From contig NC_082719.1 of NCBI RefSeq assembly GCF_030144855.1, forward strand, positions 42,346,001 to 42,410,000: 64,000 bases of DNA, read 5' to 3'. Source of the DNA: Hypanus sabinus. Lineage: Eukaryota. Shown here in pieces: positions 11,831-26,009 of this stretch. The stretch's first letter is position 1, and each line of letters opens with the position of its first letter. The translations under genes and the position numbers were made by a program. The notes under the pieces are model-generated. The model worked only from the letters and a program-made list of their open reading frames with translations. It did no database searches and had not been told where the DNA came from.

Positions 11831-12527
11831 AAGAATTGAGTAATGAATAGGTTCTGAGTAAAGAGAGAGTGGAAGAAGGTGAGTGGGACAAATTGAGTTC
11901 TTCACCAAAGTGCTCGGAGCTCACAGGAAAGATAAACAAGGCATTGTTGAGTATTCTTTCACAGAACAACATAACCAACGTTGAAGGCCCAACTTTACTG
12001 AATGTATTCACCCTATCTACATCCCTCTTAGTTCTATACACCTCTGCTGGAGTATGTAATTCATACACCCAAGACTAGATTCATGAGGCACTCTGATTTA
12101 TACTTTGTCAGAATAAGTGATTCCCAGGCAAACAGAGGTGACTTAAGTTGTGAGTTCAGAGCCTCCTCGAAAAATTGACAAATGCCCTGGTGCAAACCAT
12201 TGTTGAAGGTGAATTCTAGATAGCTTTGACAACTTTGAGATATAGTGGCTTATTGAGAAAGGCAGGAGGAATGCATTACTTCACAACTAAAATGGCAAGG
12301 AAATAATCCTCAGTGTCGATGGGCTGCTTACGACGAAAGGAAACAAACATAATGAAACTGATAATCCAACATTAAGCTGTATTCTTGAGAAACTTTGATA
12401 AGAATTGATAAAAATGTCCTGAGCTCTGAATTATAGAGGGCCAGAATTTCTTCACTAGCCTTCTGAAAGGAAATGATCAAATATTTCAGGTATGCTAACA
12501 AACATTTGTAACATTATCATTGAAATT

Positions 12528-13160
12528 AGACCATAAGACATAGGAGCAGGATTAAGACATTTGGCCCATTAAGTCTGCTCCACCATTTAATCATGGCTGA
12601 TCCTTTTGTTTCTCCTCCTCAACCCCATTTCCCGGCCTTCTCCCCATAATCTTTGATGCCATGTCCAATCAAAAACCTATCAATTTTTGCCTTAAATACA
12701 CACAACAACCTGGCCTCCACAGCTACACGTGGCAACAAATTCCACAAATTCACCACCCTTTGGCTAAAGAAATTTCTCCACATCTCAGTTTTAAATAGAA
12801 GCCCCTCTATCCTGAGGCTGTGGCCTCTTGTCCTAGACTCTCCCACCATGGGAAACATCCTTTCCAGATCTACTCTGTCTAGGCCTTTCAACTTTCAACA
12901 GGTATCAATGAGATCTCCCCTCATCCTTCTAAATTCCAGCGAGTACAGACCAAGAGCCATCAAACGTTCCTCATATGATAACCCTTTCATTCCTGGAATC
13001 ATTCTTGTGAACCACTTCTGGACCCTCCCCAATGCCAGCCCATCTCGTCTAAGATGAGGAGCCCAAAACTGTTCACAATACTCAAGGTGAGGCCTCACCA
13101 GTGTATGCTAAAGCATCAGCAACACATCCCTGCTCTTGTATTGCAGACCTCTTGAAATTA
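12528..13160 (-). mobile_element. CR1 LINE 3' end (young)
   Basis: ORFs RPHLEYCEQFWAPH..GLYSLEFRRMRGDLI and KGLDRVD..TRGHSL..FFSQRVVNLWN, plus the CR1 tail. Confidence 0.92.
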
Positions 13161-13214
13161 GTTTGAATTTATTTTATTCTAATCGCTTGCCATATTTATT
13201 TTAGGAAACAATTC

Positions 13215-13640
13215 AGTTTGAGCGGAGTGGAAATGTCTAATTTTAAGGTGACTGGAGGAAAAGATAGTAAGGATGTCAGAGGGCAATTTTTACTCAGAGT
13301 GGTGGACGTGTGGAATGCCCTGCGAGGGGTGGTGGTAAAGGCAGATACATTAGGGTCATTTAAGAGACACATAGATAGGCAAGTGGATGATAGAAAAATA
13401 GAGGGCTAGGCAGTAGGGTAATTCTAGGCAGTTACTAGAAAATGTTACATGGTCTGCACAACATTCTGGGCCGAAGAGCTGAAATGTGTTGTAGATTTAA
13501 CCATTCCATGCTCTATGTTCTAAATGGCTATGTGGCAGGGAAAGGTTAGATTGATTAGAGAAAAGGTTAAAAGATCAGTGCAACAAGAGATTGTGGGCTG
13601 AAGCACCTATACTGCACTGTCCGGTTCTATGCTCTATGTT
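13215..13640 (+). mobile_element. CR1 LINE 3' ends (two adjacent tails)
   Basis: RVVDVWNAL motif and two 'ttctatgctctatg'-type tails. Confidence 0.75.
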
Positions 13641-14094
13641 GCACATTTTACATTTACTGGCAGTAGTGTATGAGATATGGAAAGAGTAAAATATATCAAT
13701 CTACTCAGGGGGAGTATTCATGAAGATTTTTTTGGTGATTTCATTCAGTTTGAGCTAATAAATCTCTTTTGCAACACTAACTGTGTCATTTTTGTTCAAT
13801 ATAAATCGATTTAAGGTATATATTATCTGTTAAGCCAAAGGGCAGATGAAGCAAATTAATGGTAAGGGACTCTCAAGATGCAATGAAGATCTAATAAGTG
13901 TAACATGTACTGTGGTTGTGTCTGATGTCATTTTTAAGCATCCAAGCCTTGCTACATAATCAATTCTCAGTTTTGTTCTTGTACACTGTACCTGTCAGTC
14001 CCACTGTCCTTCCTTTCCTTGCTGTATCTTGTTCGCCCAATTTTGACACTCACTCCTGCTGCCTGACACTCATGGACCTCTGGCACACTGCTAG

Positions 14095-16620
14095 TGTCAC
14101 CACAGTGAAAAGTGATGTAAAGAACCCATTAGACTCATCTCCCATTTCTTTGTCCCTCATTACTACCTCATCTGTATAATTTTCCAGAACTCACTTTTCT
14201 CGCCTCCCTTTTACTCTTTATATAACTGAAAAAAATCAGTAGCCTGCTTCATGTTATTGCTAGTTTGCCACCATATTTCATATTTTCCTTTTATAGCTTT
14301 TTTAGTTGCCTTTTGTTGGATTTTAAAAGCTTCCCAATCATTTAACCTCCCACTCACTTCTGCTACCTTATATGCTCTTTGCTTGGCTTTTATGTAGTCC
14401 TTTACATTCCTTGTCAACCACTGCTGCCCATCTCTGCCACTTGAGAACTACTTCTTCTGTGGATCATATCTATCCTGCTCCTAGTGAACCCTTCTCAAAA
14501 ACTTCAGCCATCTCTGCTCTATCATCCCCGCCAGTATCCTTCTCCAATCCACCTGGGCAAGCTCCTCTCTCATGCCTCTGGAATTCCCATTATTCCATTA
14601 CGCTACTGATACATGTGACTTATGCCTCTCCCTCGCAAACTGCAATATGAATTCAATCATATTATGATCACTCTCTCCTAAGAGTTCCATTACATTACAC
14701 TCCCTAATAATATCTGTTATTACACAACACTCAATCTAAAATAGCTTTTCCCCAAATAGGTTCAAGTACAAGCTGCTCTAAAAACCATCTCATAGGTATT
14801 CAACAAATCCCTCCATTTGTGATCTGACACCAACCTTATTTTTCCAATCCCCCTGTATATTGAAGTCCCCCATTACAATTGTGACATTACCCTTATTACA
14901 TGCTTTTTCCAGCTCCCTTTGCAATCTCAACCCCACATCTTGGCTACTATTTGGATGCCTATATTATGATTCCCATAATTTTTTTTTACCCTTGCAGTTT
15001 CTGAACTCCACCCACAAAGATTCAATATTCTCTGACCCTATGCCACCTCTTTCTAAAGATGTAATTCCATCTCTTACCAACAGAGCCACACCACTGTCCA
15101 TGCCTTCCTGCCTGTCCTTTTGATACAAAGTATATCCTTTGATGTTAAGCTCCCAACTATGCCTTCTTTCTGCCACAAATCAGTGATGTCCACAGCACCA
15201 TACCAACCAATCTCTAATTATGCATCCACCTTATTCCCAATGCTATACACATTTAAATACAGCACCTTCAGTCCTGCATTCTTCACCCTTCTGAATTTTG
15301 CCTCTGTAGCACAATTTAACTCCGTGCTCTGTCTGCATTTGTACCCAGTCACTGGCATGTCCTTCCTTAAATTCATGTTTCATGCATTATCTACTTGTAA
15401 ACCTGCTGGCTCATCCTCAGCTCTAACATACTGATTCACATGTCAACAGTTTTTGTACACCTGCCTGCAAGAACGTTGGTCCCACTCAGATTAAAGTGCA
15501 ACCCATCTCTTTCCTACAGGTCATGCTTGCCCCAAAAGAAGTCCCAATGATCCAGAAATCTGAATCCCTGCTCCTGGTCCAATTCTTCAGCCACACATTT
15601 ATCTGCCACTTCATTCTATTCTTACCCTTACTGTTGTTTGGCACAGGCATAATCACGAAATTACTACCCTTGAGGTCCTGTTTCTCAGATTCCTTCCTAT
15701 CTCCCTGTATTCTGTTTTCAGGACATCCTTTTTCCTACCTATGTCGTTGGTACCAAAATGTACCATGACTTCTGGATGTTCATCCTCCCTTTTCAGGATA
15801 TCGTGGGCATGTTCAGAAACATCGCAGACCCTGGCATCTGGGATGGGAGGCAAACTACTACCCGTCTTTCTTTTTTGCATCCACAGAATAGCCTGTCTGT
15901 CCCTGTCCCCTTTTACTGCTGCCATCGTCTTCAGTTCCCTACCCTTCTGAGCCACAGGGCCAGACTAAGTGCCTTGGTGAGAGTGCCTGACATTGAAAGG
16001 CCTGTTGTTTCCCCCAGGTAGGTTGTTCCCCCCCCACCCCCCAACAGTACACAAAATGGAGTACTTATTGTTGAGGGGGATGGTCATGGGGTGCTCTCCA
16101 CTATCTGACACTGTTCCTTCCCTCTCCTGACAGTCACCTTTTTATCTGTTTCCTGTAGCCTTGGGTTGACTACCTCCCTGTAGCTTCTGTCTTTCACTTT
16201 CCCTCACAAGCCAAAGGTCATCGAGCTGCAGCTCTAGTTCCTCAACGCAGTCTCTAAGGAGCTTCATCTCGATGCACCTGGTGCAGATGTGGCCACTGGT
16301 GAGACTGGTAGTCTGCTGGAAATCCCCCATCTAACACCCAGAACAGAACGTTGGCCCTGTAGACATACCTCCTCTTATCTCAAGAGTTGAATAAGAAAGA
16401 AATAAGAAATAAGGAATGAACATACCTGCTTACCTGGCCTCTGCCTGTTCTTGCTGAAACCCTGTTGAGCCATAGCCTTACCACTCTAATTCAGACCACT
16501 ATGACAATGACCGCTCCACTAGACAGTACCCCTCTTTTCATGCACTGCAATCAATGACTCCCACAGAAGAAACTTTCTGCTTTTTAAAGCTCTTCGTCGG
16601 ACTTGCATGGAAACACTCCT
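14095..16620 (-). mobile_element. CR1 LINE 5' half: ORF1 (zinc finger/coiled coil plus SGNH esterase-like) and ORF2 APE endonuclease, decayed
   Basis: ORFs HICTRC..LRDCVEELELQLDDL, VMVHFGTNDIGRKK, and WELNIKGYTLYQKDRQ..GVALLV..ESLWVE.RN.KG. Confidence 0.88.
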
Positions 16621-16719
16621 CCCATGTCTGCGCAGTACTCCAATCAACCAATATGATAATGTTAGTTTTTTTTCTCCATCGTCGCTTAAGGTGTATATAA
16701 CTTTAAATGAGGCTTTCCT

Positions 16720-17010
16720 TGCCTTCAGTGGAAATAAAGAATGGAGATGGGGTGTGGAGGTTTTGGTTGACTGCTCATTATGCAGAACCTACTCTCTCCT
16801 TGGCAATAAAGGACCCATCAGGATCGTCACAGTGGCTTTGGAGCAAGCCACCGGATGGAGATGGATCACCAGGATGACCTGTTGACCAGTGCTGCTGGGG
16901 CCTGAGCCAGGGCTTGATCAAACCTGGGGTTTATTGCCTGATGTTGAAAGACCTGAAGCACCCAATGACCCCAGATTGCAGCTCTGATGATGTCTCCTTG
17001 CACATCATAG
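16720..17010 (+). mobile_element. HERO-like (REL endonuclease non-LTR) 3' end
   Basis: SLCRTYSLLG...ATGWRWI resembles the HERO C-terminus. 'tgatgttgaaagacc.gaa.cacccaatgaccccag...ctgatgatgt' resembles the HERO 3' UTR as recalled. Confidence 0.5.
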
Positions 17011-17420
17011 GATGTACCTCAGCTCGGAGACTTTAAAGAATATCTACCATTTCAGCACCACAGAAAGGTACATTCGCTCTCACGGAGTTTCAGCTGAGAA
17101 AGGCTGATGACTAACTCCACAATATTCACAGTACGGGAGTATTCAATGGGTTGGCAGTCTCTTTGACATTTATTTTCCGGAAATGTGATGCTGCCTTTCC
17201 ATTCTCTCAGGAATCTGTTCTCACACAGAAGACTTGCTTCTTCTTTTCAATAAAAGAAAAAGGAGTAGGAAGGTGATCATACTGAGGATATAATGTTCTC
17301 CACAAGTATTAAAAGTTACCTACTTGTTCCTCATTGAGGTCTTCCAAACTGGGGGCCACTCCAAAATTAGGCTTGCATTGACATTTGAATAAACCTTCAA
17401 TGTCCTTAGCACCTTTACAG

Positions 17421-17493
17421 ATGGTTCCCATTCTTTCCATTGCAATGCCAGGACAAGAAACTCAAATCAGCCAGACGATCAGATGCTGGAAAG
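17421..17493 (+). other. Candidate 73-nt exon
   Basis: cctttacag| acceptor and AAG|gtaaga donor. All three frames are open; no homology recognised. Confidence 0.2.
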
Positions 17494-19169
17494 GTAAGAG
17501 ATAATAACCTTCTGCTGGACTGAGTTTTCAGATAATTACTTGGCTATATTGTGGAAAAGTAATGGGAACAGGAATGGGTGCTCTTCCTGGCTACATGTGA
17601 TTATTAAAAATATTTCCATTATAAATAACTCTCCAAGTTGCTGAAGAGTTCTATTCCATGCATGAAACACTACCTTCAGGGAAGGTGAAAAGTTATTTTG
17701 GAAGCTTGACTTTATTTAAAGAGAAAAGGTAATGAAAGATAATGAGGTATAAGCAGGAAAGGGAGGCAGAGGCCTAGGGTCATTCACTTCCAGGCTGATT
17801 GGAAATTTTCACCATAGTTACCAACCAGTCCTCACTGAGAGCTGTCTGGATTTGACTGCTATAATACTGTTCACAGGAGATCAAGTGCTGCAAGTCAGAA
17901 AGTGCATGTTTCAGTACTCAAACAGGGATGCTCAGGATCTTATACAGTGATGTGGGAAGAATGAAATGAGAAGGCCCATCTGATACTTCAGCTAACATTT
18001 AAGCATGGTGGTATATTTAACACATGGAATCTAATATTTCCCACCATTTTGAAGTGATGAGAAATACATTTATTGCTGGGAGTGTCGGGGAACCTTTATT
18101 GTGAAAGGGGCAAATGATACAGTAGGGAAGCAGGATCATAACACTTGCGGTACAGCTCATTAGCACTTTTCTGGAATCTAAGGATTGACTGAATCTTCAA
18201 CTGTCTCCTCCTTCCATTGGCCACTGCCATTGGTTTATGCTCTCCATCAACTGGCCCATCAATGCCAAGAGCCACGGGACAGGCACCTGTAGCAAGACGT
18301 GATACCCTTCCAGGATAGGACAACAAGCTATCAGCTGACAAAGATTTGGAGAATGGGTGGAGGGAAGGGGAGTAAATGCAGGATGGGGAGGGAAAGGATG
18401 GAGGGGGGTTTTGGGAGCAGATGGGAAGGAGGATAGAGGACGATATATGGGAGAGAAGAAGTAAGAAGAGGAGGCAAGAACTCAAGCCCCCAGGAAAAGA
18501 ATGCTTGAAGACCTCAAATCCTGCACCAACCTTATGACTTACAAAGGAGCAATAATCTCTGCTCTCTTGTATGTATTGGAGATAGGATCAACCTACACTG
18601 TTTCTGAAGTGGTGCTCCCTCAGAGTTGAGGATGATGTCTGTCAGCCCTGATGATTCTTCAGTTGATTAAGGAGCCCAATTCTGGTGTACACATATTAAC
18701 TGCTGCTCCAAGTGGGCCCTCTTTTCTCTATCACTCCCAATCCTGAACATGATATACACCTTGATCGGCCAGTGGCACTTCGCCATGCTTGAGGGTGACC
18801 ATGAATATGTCTTGTTTATTTCTGCTCCCTTTCAAGTATTGGCAGGGAGAAATCTGCCATGGAATTCTGGTTTCAGACATTTTGACAGAGTAGCTTATTC
18901 ATTTGAGGCATATTCTTGAAGAGTAGGAATTCAATGTTGGTAGACATAACCTCAGGAAGGTTGCTCATAATGGTCTGGTGATCTGAGGGTCCAGGATTCA
19001 AAATAAGCACTGCTGGTGGAAGACCCTAATGTCTTAATGTGGTATTGCTAGGTTTTGCTACTGTAAAGTATTTGGCCATGACAGCCCTATTAACTAAGAT
19101 ATTCACTGACTTCCAAATGAAGAAATGTTAAGCTTCAGAGAGTTGTAAGCTTAATTATCTCTGTCAGAG

Positions 19170-19555
19170 GCATTAGCCTTCATAGCATCTAGGACATCTT
19201 CAAGGATTGATGCCTCAAAAAGGTAATGTCTATCATTAGGGACCCTAATCGTCCAGGGCATATCCTCTTCTTATTGTTACCATCAGGAATGAGGAACAGA
19301 ATCCTTTGAACCTTGGAAGGCACACTTTGAATTCATGAACACTACCGCACTACATCTTTAAATTTCTAATTTTGCCCTACTTATTCATTGTAACTATTTT
19401 ATGTATATAAATGTATATGTATATGTGTGTATGTGTATATATATATATACTGTAATTCAGTTTTTTTTCTCAGTTATTATGTATTGCATTGTACTGCTGC
19501 CACAAAGTTAACAAATTTCACAACATACGTTAGTGATATTCAACCTGATTCTGAT
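19170..19555 (+). mobile_element. Rex1/Babar LINE 3' end with a TA/TG microsatellite
   Basis: 'gtattgcattgtactgctgccacaaag..cctgattctga' tail shared with 36300-36390. Confidence 0.65.
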
Positions 19556-20299
19556 GTATTTGATTTTCTGCTAGACTTTTTCATTAAAGATAATCCATTG
19601 GAGAGATAATTGCAGAGTGTCCTTATCTTCATGGATGGTGTAAGAGATGCTCAGTAATGATGAGTTTTGTTCTAGTCCAGATGTGACCAGACAAACTACA
19701 ATAGGCACATGAAAGTACCCTAGACCATCAAAATTTCCTACATCAAACCTTTGTAACCTATTGTCCAGATAAGCAAATCAATGTTAGCATCCTCCCATGG
19801 GCTAACATTTACAACCTCACGGTTCACATCTCTCTCAGCCTGCTCCAAACGTCAGGCAGACACTCAACTTCAGGCTCTGTCATAACAAGCACTTTAAACA
19901 AAGTCAGAGAAAATGGTTCAAGACAATTCTCAGTCTCCTTGAAAAGATATACTATAATTCATGGAACTTTCAGGCCTAAGAAGGCTCAAACGGGTGAGTC
20001 AATGAAGGCTGACCTTGGCACAAATCACAAAGAGCAGAAGAGCGTAAAACACAGCTCAACATGCCCTCTCTAGTAGAATCTGTGGATCTTGCATAGGATG
20101 CATTAATTATCTGAATTCCAAAGATTTATAGTGTAAAGAAGTCATCTCAAATCCAGGAGACTCTTTAAAGGGTCTGCTTTGGGTTAAGAGAATATCAACT
20201 GGAGCTCCTAACATTTTCTGCAAGGCCAGGAACTTCCCAGAATTTTTAACAGCAGTTTGGAAAATTTAACAACCCTCCCATCCTGCTCCCACCCCCTCC

Positions 20300-20690
20300 T
20301 CCACATAGAACATAGAACTTAGAACAGTACAGGCCCTCTGGCCCATGATGTTTGTGACAACCTTTTAATCTATTTCAAGATCAATCTAACCCGTCCTTTC
20401 CTGTAGGCCTCCATTTTTCTTGTATCTATGTGCATATATAAGAGTCACATTCTCCCTATGTTTTCCTCCAGGCTCTTTAATATAACGCCCTTTCATATTA
20501 TCTATTGCCATCCTGGAAAAAAAAGTCCTGGCTGTCTATGCTTTGTATCATCTATTACATCTCCGTCAAGTCATCGCTTACCTTCCTTCACTCCAAAGGG
20601 AGAAGCCCTAGCTTGCTCAAACTTTCCACAGGTGGCATCCTGGTAAGTACCCCTACACCCTCTCTAAAATTTCCATGACCTTCCTATAGT
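20300..20690 (-). mobile_element. CR1 LINE 3' fragment
   Basis: catagaacatagaa..aggccctctggcccatgatg tail. Confidence 0.7.
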
Positions 20691-21929
20691 GCATGTTGCT
20701 TCCTCTCCCCTCCACACCAATGTCGGCATGGCTGGTGTCAATGTACTCCACTGGAAAAACACTTTCCAACTCCATCAATACAACAGCAGTGAGCTCCCAC
20801 TGTGTGGGTAATTCTGAATAAAGTGAAACAGGAATAAGGGAGAGGGGCTCAGGAATTCCTGCTTTCAGCACTTGGGCCAAGTGATTGCAGAATTGGCAGT
20901 GGGGTTCTTTAAATAAACTGGGTAAAGGATTTTCTGTAGTACTGGGTTCCATGACGGGATCATTGACAATTAGTCATCATGTGATTAAGTGTCACATGAG
21001 CAGGTCTCTCATGATCAGACCTCCGCGGCTGGCAACAAGAACAAAAGGCTCACTCCACACCAGAAGTGCCAACAGTACCACATCAGGCATCTTTCATCTC
21101 TCAAAGTCTCTTGGTTACAAAACTTGTGAGTCATTGTCATTGCTGTAGGAAATGTTTTCCGATGTGTCTATGTTTGATAGATGGTAAGTAGCTTGTGACC
21201 GATGGAAATGGAAATAATTTTGTAAATGCTCAGCTTCTGCAAGTGGGAGGACAAATGTTTTCTGTCAGATTTCTACCTTCTAAAGAAACTTCACAGAGAT
21301 CCACTTTCAGAAGTGCTACAATGAAGTGCTTGGGATGTCCCAGGTGACATGCAATGCACAGTGTGAAACCTAGTGTTTCTTTTCTTTTATGTCTGCTGTT
21401 TCTATTTTCTGTACACTTTCTATTCTGTTACTGAATCTTCTGTATATATTATTTATACCACACATAAGAAAACAATCAGATGAAGGGATAAGTTTTGAGG
21501 TACATTATTATTCATTTTGAATTTAGATCGATCGCAGCTCCAGCTACGTTGGGTGCTAGTTAACCCTTTGCTGAGTTGTGCTACAGTAACATAAAACCTA
21601 ACTTAACAAGACAGATAACACAAAGCTCACTCAAAGTTGAGTTTTAAAAAGTGTTATAAAGAAGGAAAGCGAAATAGCAAGGCAAAGAGGTTGAGCATTT
21701 CAGAACTTCTAGCAGGTGAAAACTTAGTCACCAAAGATAATAATCAGAAATGTAAAAGGATAACTTCACAAAAACATGAATATTATTACCATAATAATAA
21801 GTTAGGTTGTCTTCTGGTGCAGGACTAATGCCTGTGAAGGCTCTGAGTAGACTCAATTTCATATCCCATCACAACATAAACAAAACAATCTTAGCACTGA
21901 TGGACGCCAAATGTATGTAAATATCCTCA

Positions 21930-22210
21930 GCACAAGAGATTCTGCAGATGCTGTAAATTTTGAGAAACACACACAAAATACTTACAGAACTCAGCAGGTC
22001 AGGGATGGGGAAATAAACAGTCGACGTTTCAGGCCTAGACCCTTCATCAGGATTGGAAAGGAAAGAGGCAATAAGAAGGTAAGAGTGGGGAAGCAGTGCA
22101 AGCAGGCAGATGATAGGTGAGACCAGGAGGGGGGAAGATGGGTGGGTGGGGGAGGGGAAGTAAAGTAAGAAGCTGAAAGGTATTAGATCTAAGAAGTAAA
22201 GGGCTAAATT
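21930..22210 (-). mobile_element. Penelope-like element 3' end (pLTR)
   Basis: Same pLTR and purine-rich segment as 57839-58250. Confidence 0.85.
22018..22055 (-). ncRNA. Minimal type I hammerhead ribozyme, intact core
   Basis: RNA CAAUC-CUGAUGA-AGGGUCUAGGCCU-GAAA-CGUC/GACUG has both core boxes, stem II, stem I (4 of 5 bp) and a GUC cleavage triplet. Confidence 0.75.
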
Positions 22211-22619
22211 AGCCTTTTGGTTCACTGCTGTTCTGCAGAGCAGGAAATCCACCACCCTTGCCTAGCATGATTGATGAACATCTCCAGAACTATGGCAATG
22301 TAGTGAAATCTAGAATGCCTTCTGCCCAGCTGATAATGCTTGCCAGAATTTAGCGAGTAACAAAAATATTCTCCTCTTTTTGTTTGTCCAAATGACCAGC
22401 ATAAAAATTGTCCACGCCTCTGAGAAGGAAGCTTATCTTTCTTCCTCAATATCTGTCAGATTTTAAGATAAGAAGCACGAGGAACTTCAAAAGCACTAGG
22501 TAGATGGGGCACTTGTCAAAGTAGGTGAATAAGAAATGTTCTCAAACAAAACTTCCTATTGTGTAGCCTTTTCATACATATGGACTGGAACATAGGAACT
22601 TATTTATATTGCAAAACTG

Positions 22620-23260
22620 AGTGGATCTAGTGACCTCACACTCAATGTTAGCGAGACAAGGAAATAATTGTGGACTTCAGGAAGGGGAAGACAGGAGAAC
22701 ACACACCGATATTCACTGAGGAGTCAGCGATGGAAAGGGTAAGCAGCTTTTAGTTCCTTGGTGTCAACATTTCTGAGGATCTATCCTGGACCCAACACAT
22801 TAATGCATTCATGGAGAAGGTATGCCAATGGCTCTAGTTCATTAGGAGTTTGAGATTTAATATGTCATCAGAGACTCTTACAAATTTCAAGAATATTCAG
22901 TGCACAGGATCACAAGAGGCCACAGAGGGATAGAGATTCAGCCAGCTCTGTCACAAGTGCAACTCTTCCCACCATCAAGTACATCGTCAAGAGGCAGTGT
23001 CCATCATTAAGAATATCTACCTGCCCTCTTCTCATTTCCACCATCTGAGAGGAGGTATAGGACCTGAAGACAAGTACTCAATGAGTTGAGAACAGTTTCT
23101 TCTCTGCCATCAGATTTCTGAATTGTGAGTGAAACCACAAACACTACCTTGATATGCTTCTTACAATTATAGATTTTTGTTTTTGCACTGTCTTTTTGTT
23201 TTGCACTGTTTTTGTTACTGCAACACAATAAAATTTATATCATATGTGAGTGACGTGATT
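22620..23260 (+). mobile_element. Rex1/Babar LINE 3' fragment
   Basis: LNVS.T.EIIVDFRK..F.FLGVNISEDLSW motifs. Confidence 0.75.
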
Positions 23261-26009
23261 AGTGCTATAAGTGGTGGTCTACCTTTACGTTAATCAGATA
23301 CTCACAATGACAATAAGCCAAACTAGCAGATTTTAATTTAGCAGCTGTTCAATATTACAACAAATTTTTCTAAAAATCAATTAAATATGAATTACAATGT
23401 CATTTCCTTTGCTGACATATTAAGTGATTAGGGCCCCAGTCTTGTTAATAAGTAAGACTCGATCATGAAAAATAAGTGGATGGTATGGTTTTATTAATCT
23501 AATGAGCTCATTGACTGTAATGACAGCGCTCTGACAGACTAATACCAGCTTGTTTGCAAAAGTAAAAGGGAGAAAATGGAAATATTCCAGCAATCTGAAA
23601 TGAAAGCCTCAAATGTTGAAAACACAGAAGTAGTCAATGGATACACACAAAGTATTGACTCGAGTGCAAATCAAGTTCCAATGAAACTTTCCTGAAACAT
23701 TATTCTGTAATCTTTTTAACAGTTAGGAATAAACTTAATGGGAGCAAAACTGACCGACCCTCTACCTGTGCTTTGGAGATAGCTATTTTCACTCCCCATA
23801 AGTTAACTCATAACTGTGAAAAGAAATAATAAGTTAATGATACAGTTCAAATTTCACTGATTTATTTATATAACCATATAACAATTACAGCATGGAAACG
23901 GGCCATCTCTGCCCTTCTAGTCCGTGCCGAAAAAATTTGCACTTAAACAGATATTCTTTTTACGTGTACTGATTATTTCACATCTCATTACAGTACCTGA
24001 TGGTTCTTTTTCAATGGCTATATCCATTTGACCCATTGTGACAAGTAGCTAATTGTATTTGTAGGCAACCTCCACTTTTTCAATGGCTGATTAACTGGGA
24101 CTAGAAAAAATACTGGGAGTAATTTGACAACCAAACCTCACTTTGGTGGTTTGAGTTTGGGAAGCTGAACATGTAAGAGAGAACATGCCGGAGGATTTTC
24201 GGACAATGCTCAAAAACCCTTATTAGAAGATGAGAAGAGAAAAAGAGGCATCCCATTCCCAGAAAGGAGATCAAGGAAGCCCTTAAAACTCATATTCAGG
24301 AAGCAGCAGGGAAAGTCAGTGCCAGTAGAGTAACTGTTGGATAGAGATGCAGCACAAGGAAGAAGCAGCGGATGGGGGTCAGGTGTTTCAATACCAAAGT
24401 TATAGACCTGTATAACCCAGCTTCCCAACTCCCACCATCCTGGATCTTCTATTGACTCACAAGTTGCAGATGATGTAAGAATACACTCTCCACTTTCTCC
24501 TTCGGCACCCCTAATTCAACAGCGTGCAAGAATGAAAACCTCCGTAGTCAAAGGAGGAAAGGCAAGAAGACACTAAAGAAGATGAACACCTGATCCTACA
24601 CTGCGAACTTAGATATAGACACTGCACCACATCCACAAAAACTCTAAAAGCCTATATAATTGCACCTGTATAATAAAATAAATAATTCAGAAATAAACCT
24701 GTTACTCACATTGGATAGTCTTTATGTGGCAGTGTTGAGGGATAGATTATGCCACTTTCTCCAGGATCGTTGATGCAAGTTTAGTTCAGTCCATGGGCAG
24801 GAGTGTGGAAAGGCATAATGGCAAAGGTGGATTCACATTAACATTACACATGTCACTGCTCTACATACCATAAACGGTTGTTGGGTACACATGCAAACTC
24901 TTTAATGAGGCGGACAGCTTCCATACTTCTCATCAGAAATGTGTGTATAAATCTCAACCCCGCCCCCATTTCAGAGTGTCACATGGTTGAATTTCAACAG
25001 TGTATTTGTTACATTTTCTGCATCAACCAATAAAATGATTTCTTTTCAGGCATCAGTTGCACAGTTTGCCTGAAAGCTCATTGAGATATGGCACATAGTA
25101 CATCTGTGATAAAAACCTCCAGCCTGGCTATATTAGTCATTTTCTGGTCCACATTTGTCCATTGCACTCTGGAAATGCATTCACCCAGCACACACAATCA
25201 TGTCATGTCAGTGTGTACATTTCTGAAAGTTTAATAGGTGAGAGTCCATTATGCAAACCAACCTCCCATTCATTGACTCCATTTACATTTCCTGCTGCCT
25301 TGGGAAAGCAGCTAACATGGTCAATGAATCATTCTACCCCATACATGCTCTCTTCTCCCCTTGCTGTTGAAAAGAAGAAAAAGGCATGAGTGCAGGAGCC
25401 ACCAGATTAAAGGACAGCTACTATTCCACTGTTAGACCATAAAACCATTTGACAGAGGAGCACAATTAGGCCATTTGGCCCCACTAAATCTGCTCAGCCA
25501 TTCCATCATGGCTGGTTTATTATCACTCTTAATTCCATTCACCTGCCTTTTCCCCATAACATTTGATGCCCTGATTAATCAAGAACCTATCAACCTTAAA
25601 TATATCCAATGATTTATCCAATGTCACAACCGTCTGTGACAATGAATTCAACAGATTCACCCCCTCTGAAAATTTTCCTCAGCACTGTTCTAAATGGATG
25701 CATTTCCCCCTATTCTGAGGCCGTGCCCTTTGGTCCTAGACTCCACCATTATAATAAACATTCTCTCCACATCCACTCTATCTATGCCTTTCAATGTTTC
25801 TCCTCATCCACCCACCCCCTATTCTTCTAAACTGCAAGTACAGGCCCAGTATCATCAAAAACTCCTCATATGTTAACACGTTCATTTCTGGGATCATTCT
25901 CGTGAGCCTCCTCTGGGCCCTCTTTAATGTCAGCATATTATTTCTTAGGTAAGGGTCTCAACACTGTTCGCGATACCCCAAGTGTACTCTGACCAATACC
26001 TTCTAAATC

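Noticed and set aside
16935-17000. CTGATG..GAAA / CTGATGA as a hammerhead or C/D snoRNA
   Set aside because: Box order and stems do not fit either class. The sequence resembles a HERO 3' UTR.
23570-23710. Another pLTR/hammerhead relic (CAATGA...GAAACATT)
   Set aside because: Too decayed to support, although it may be an old member of the family.
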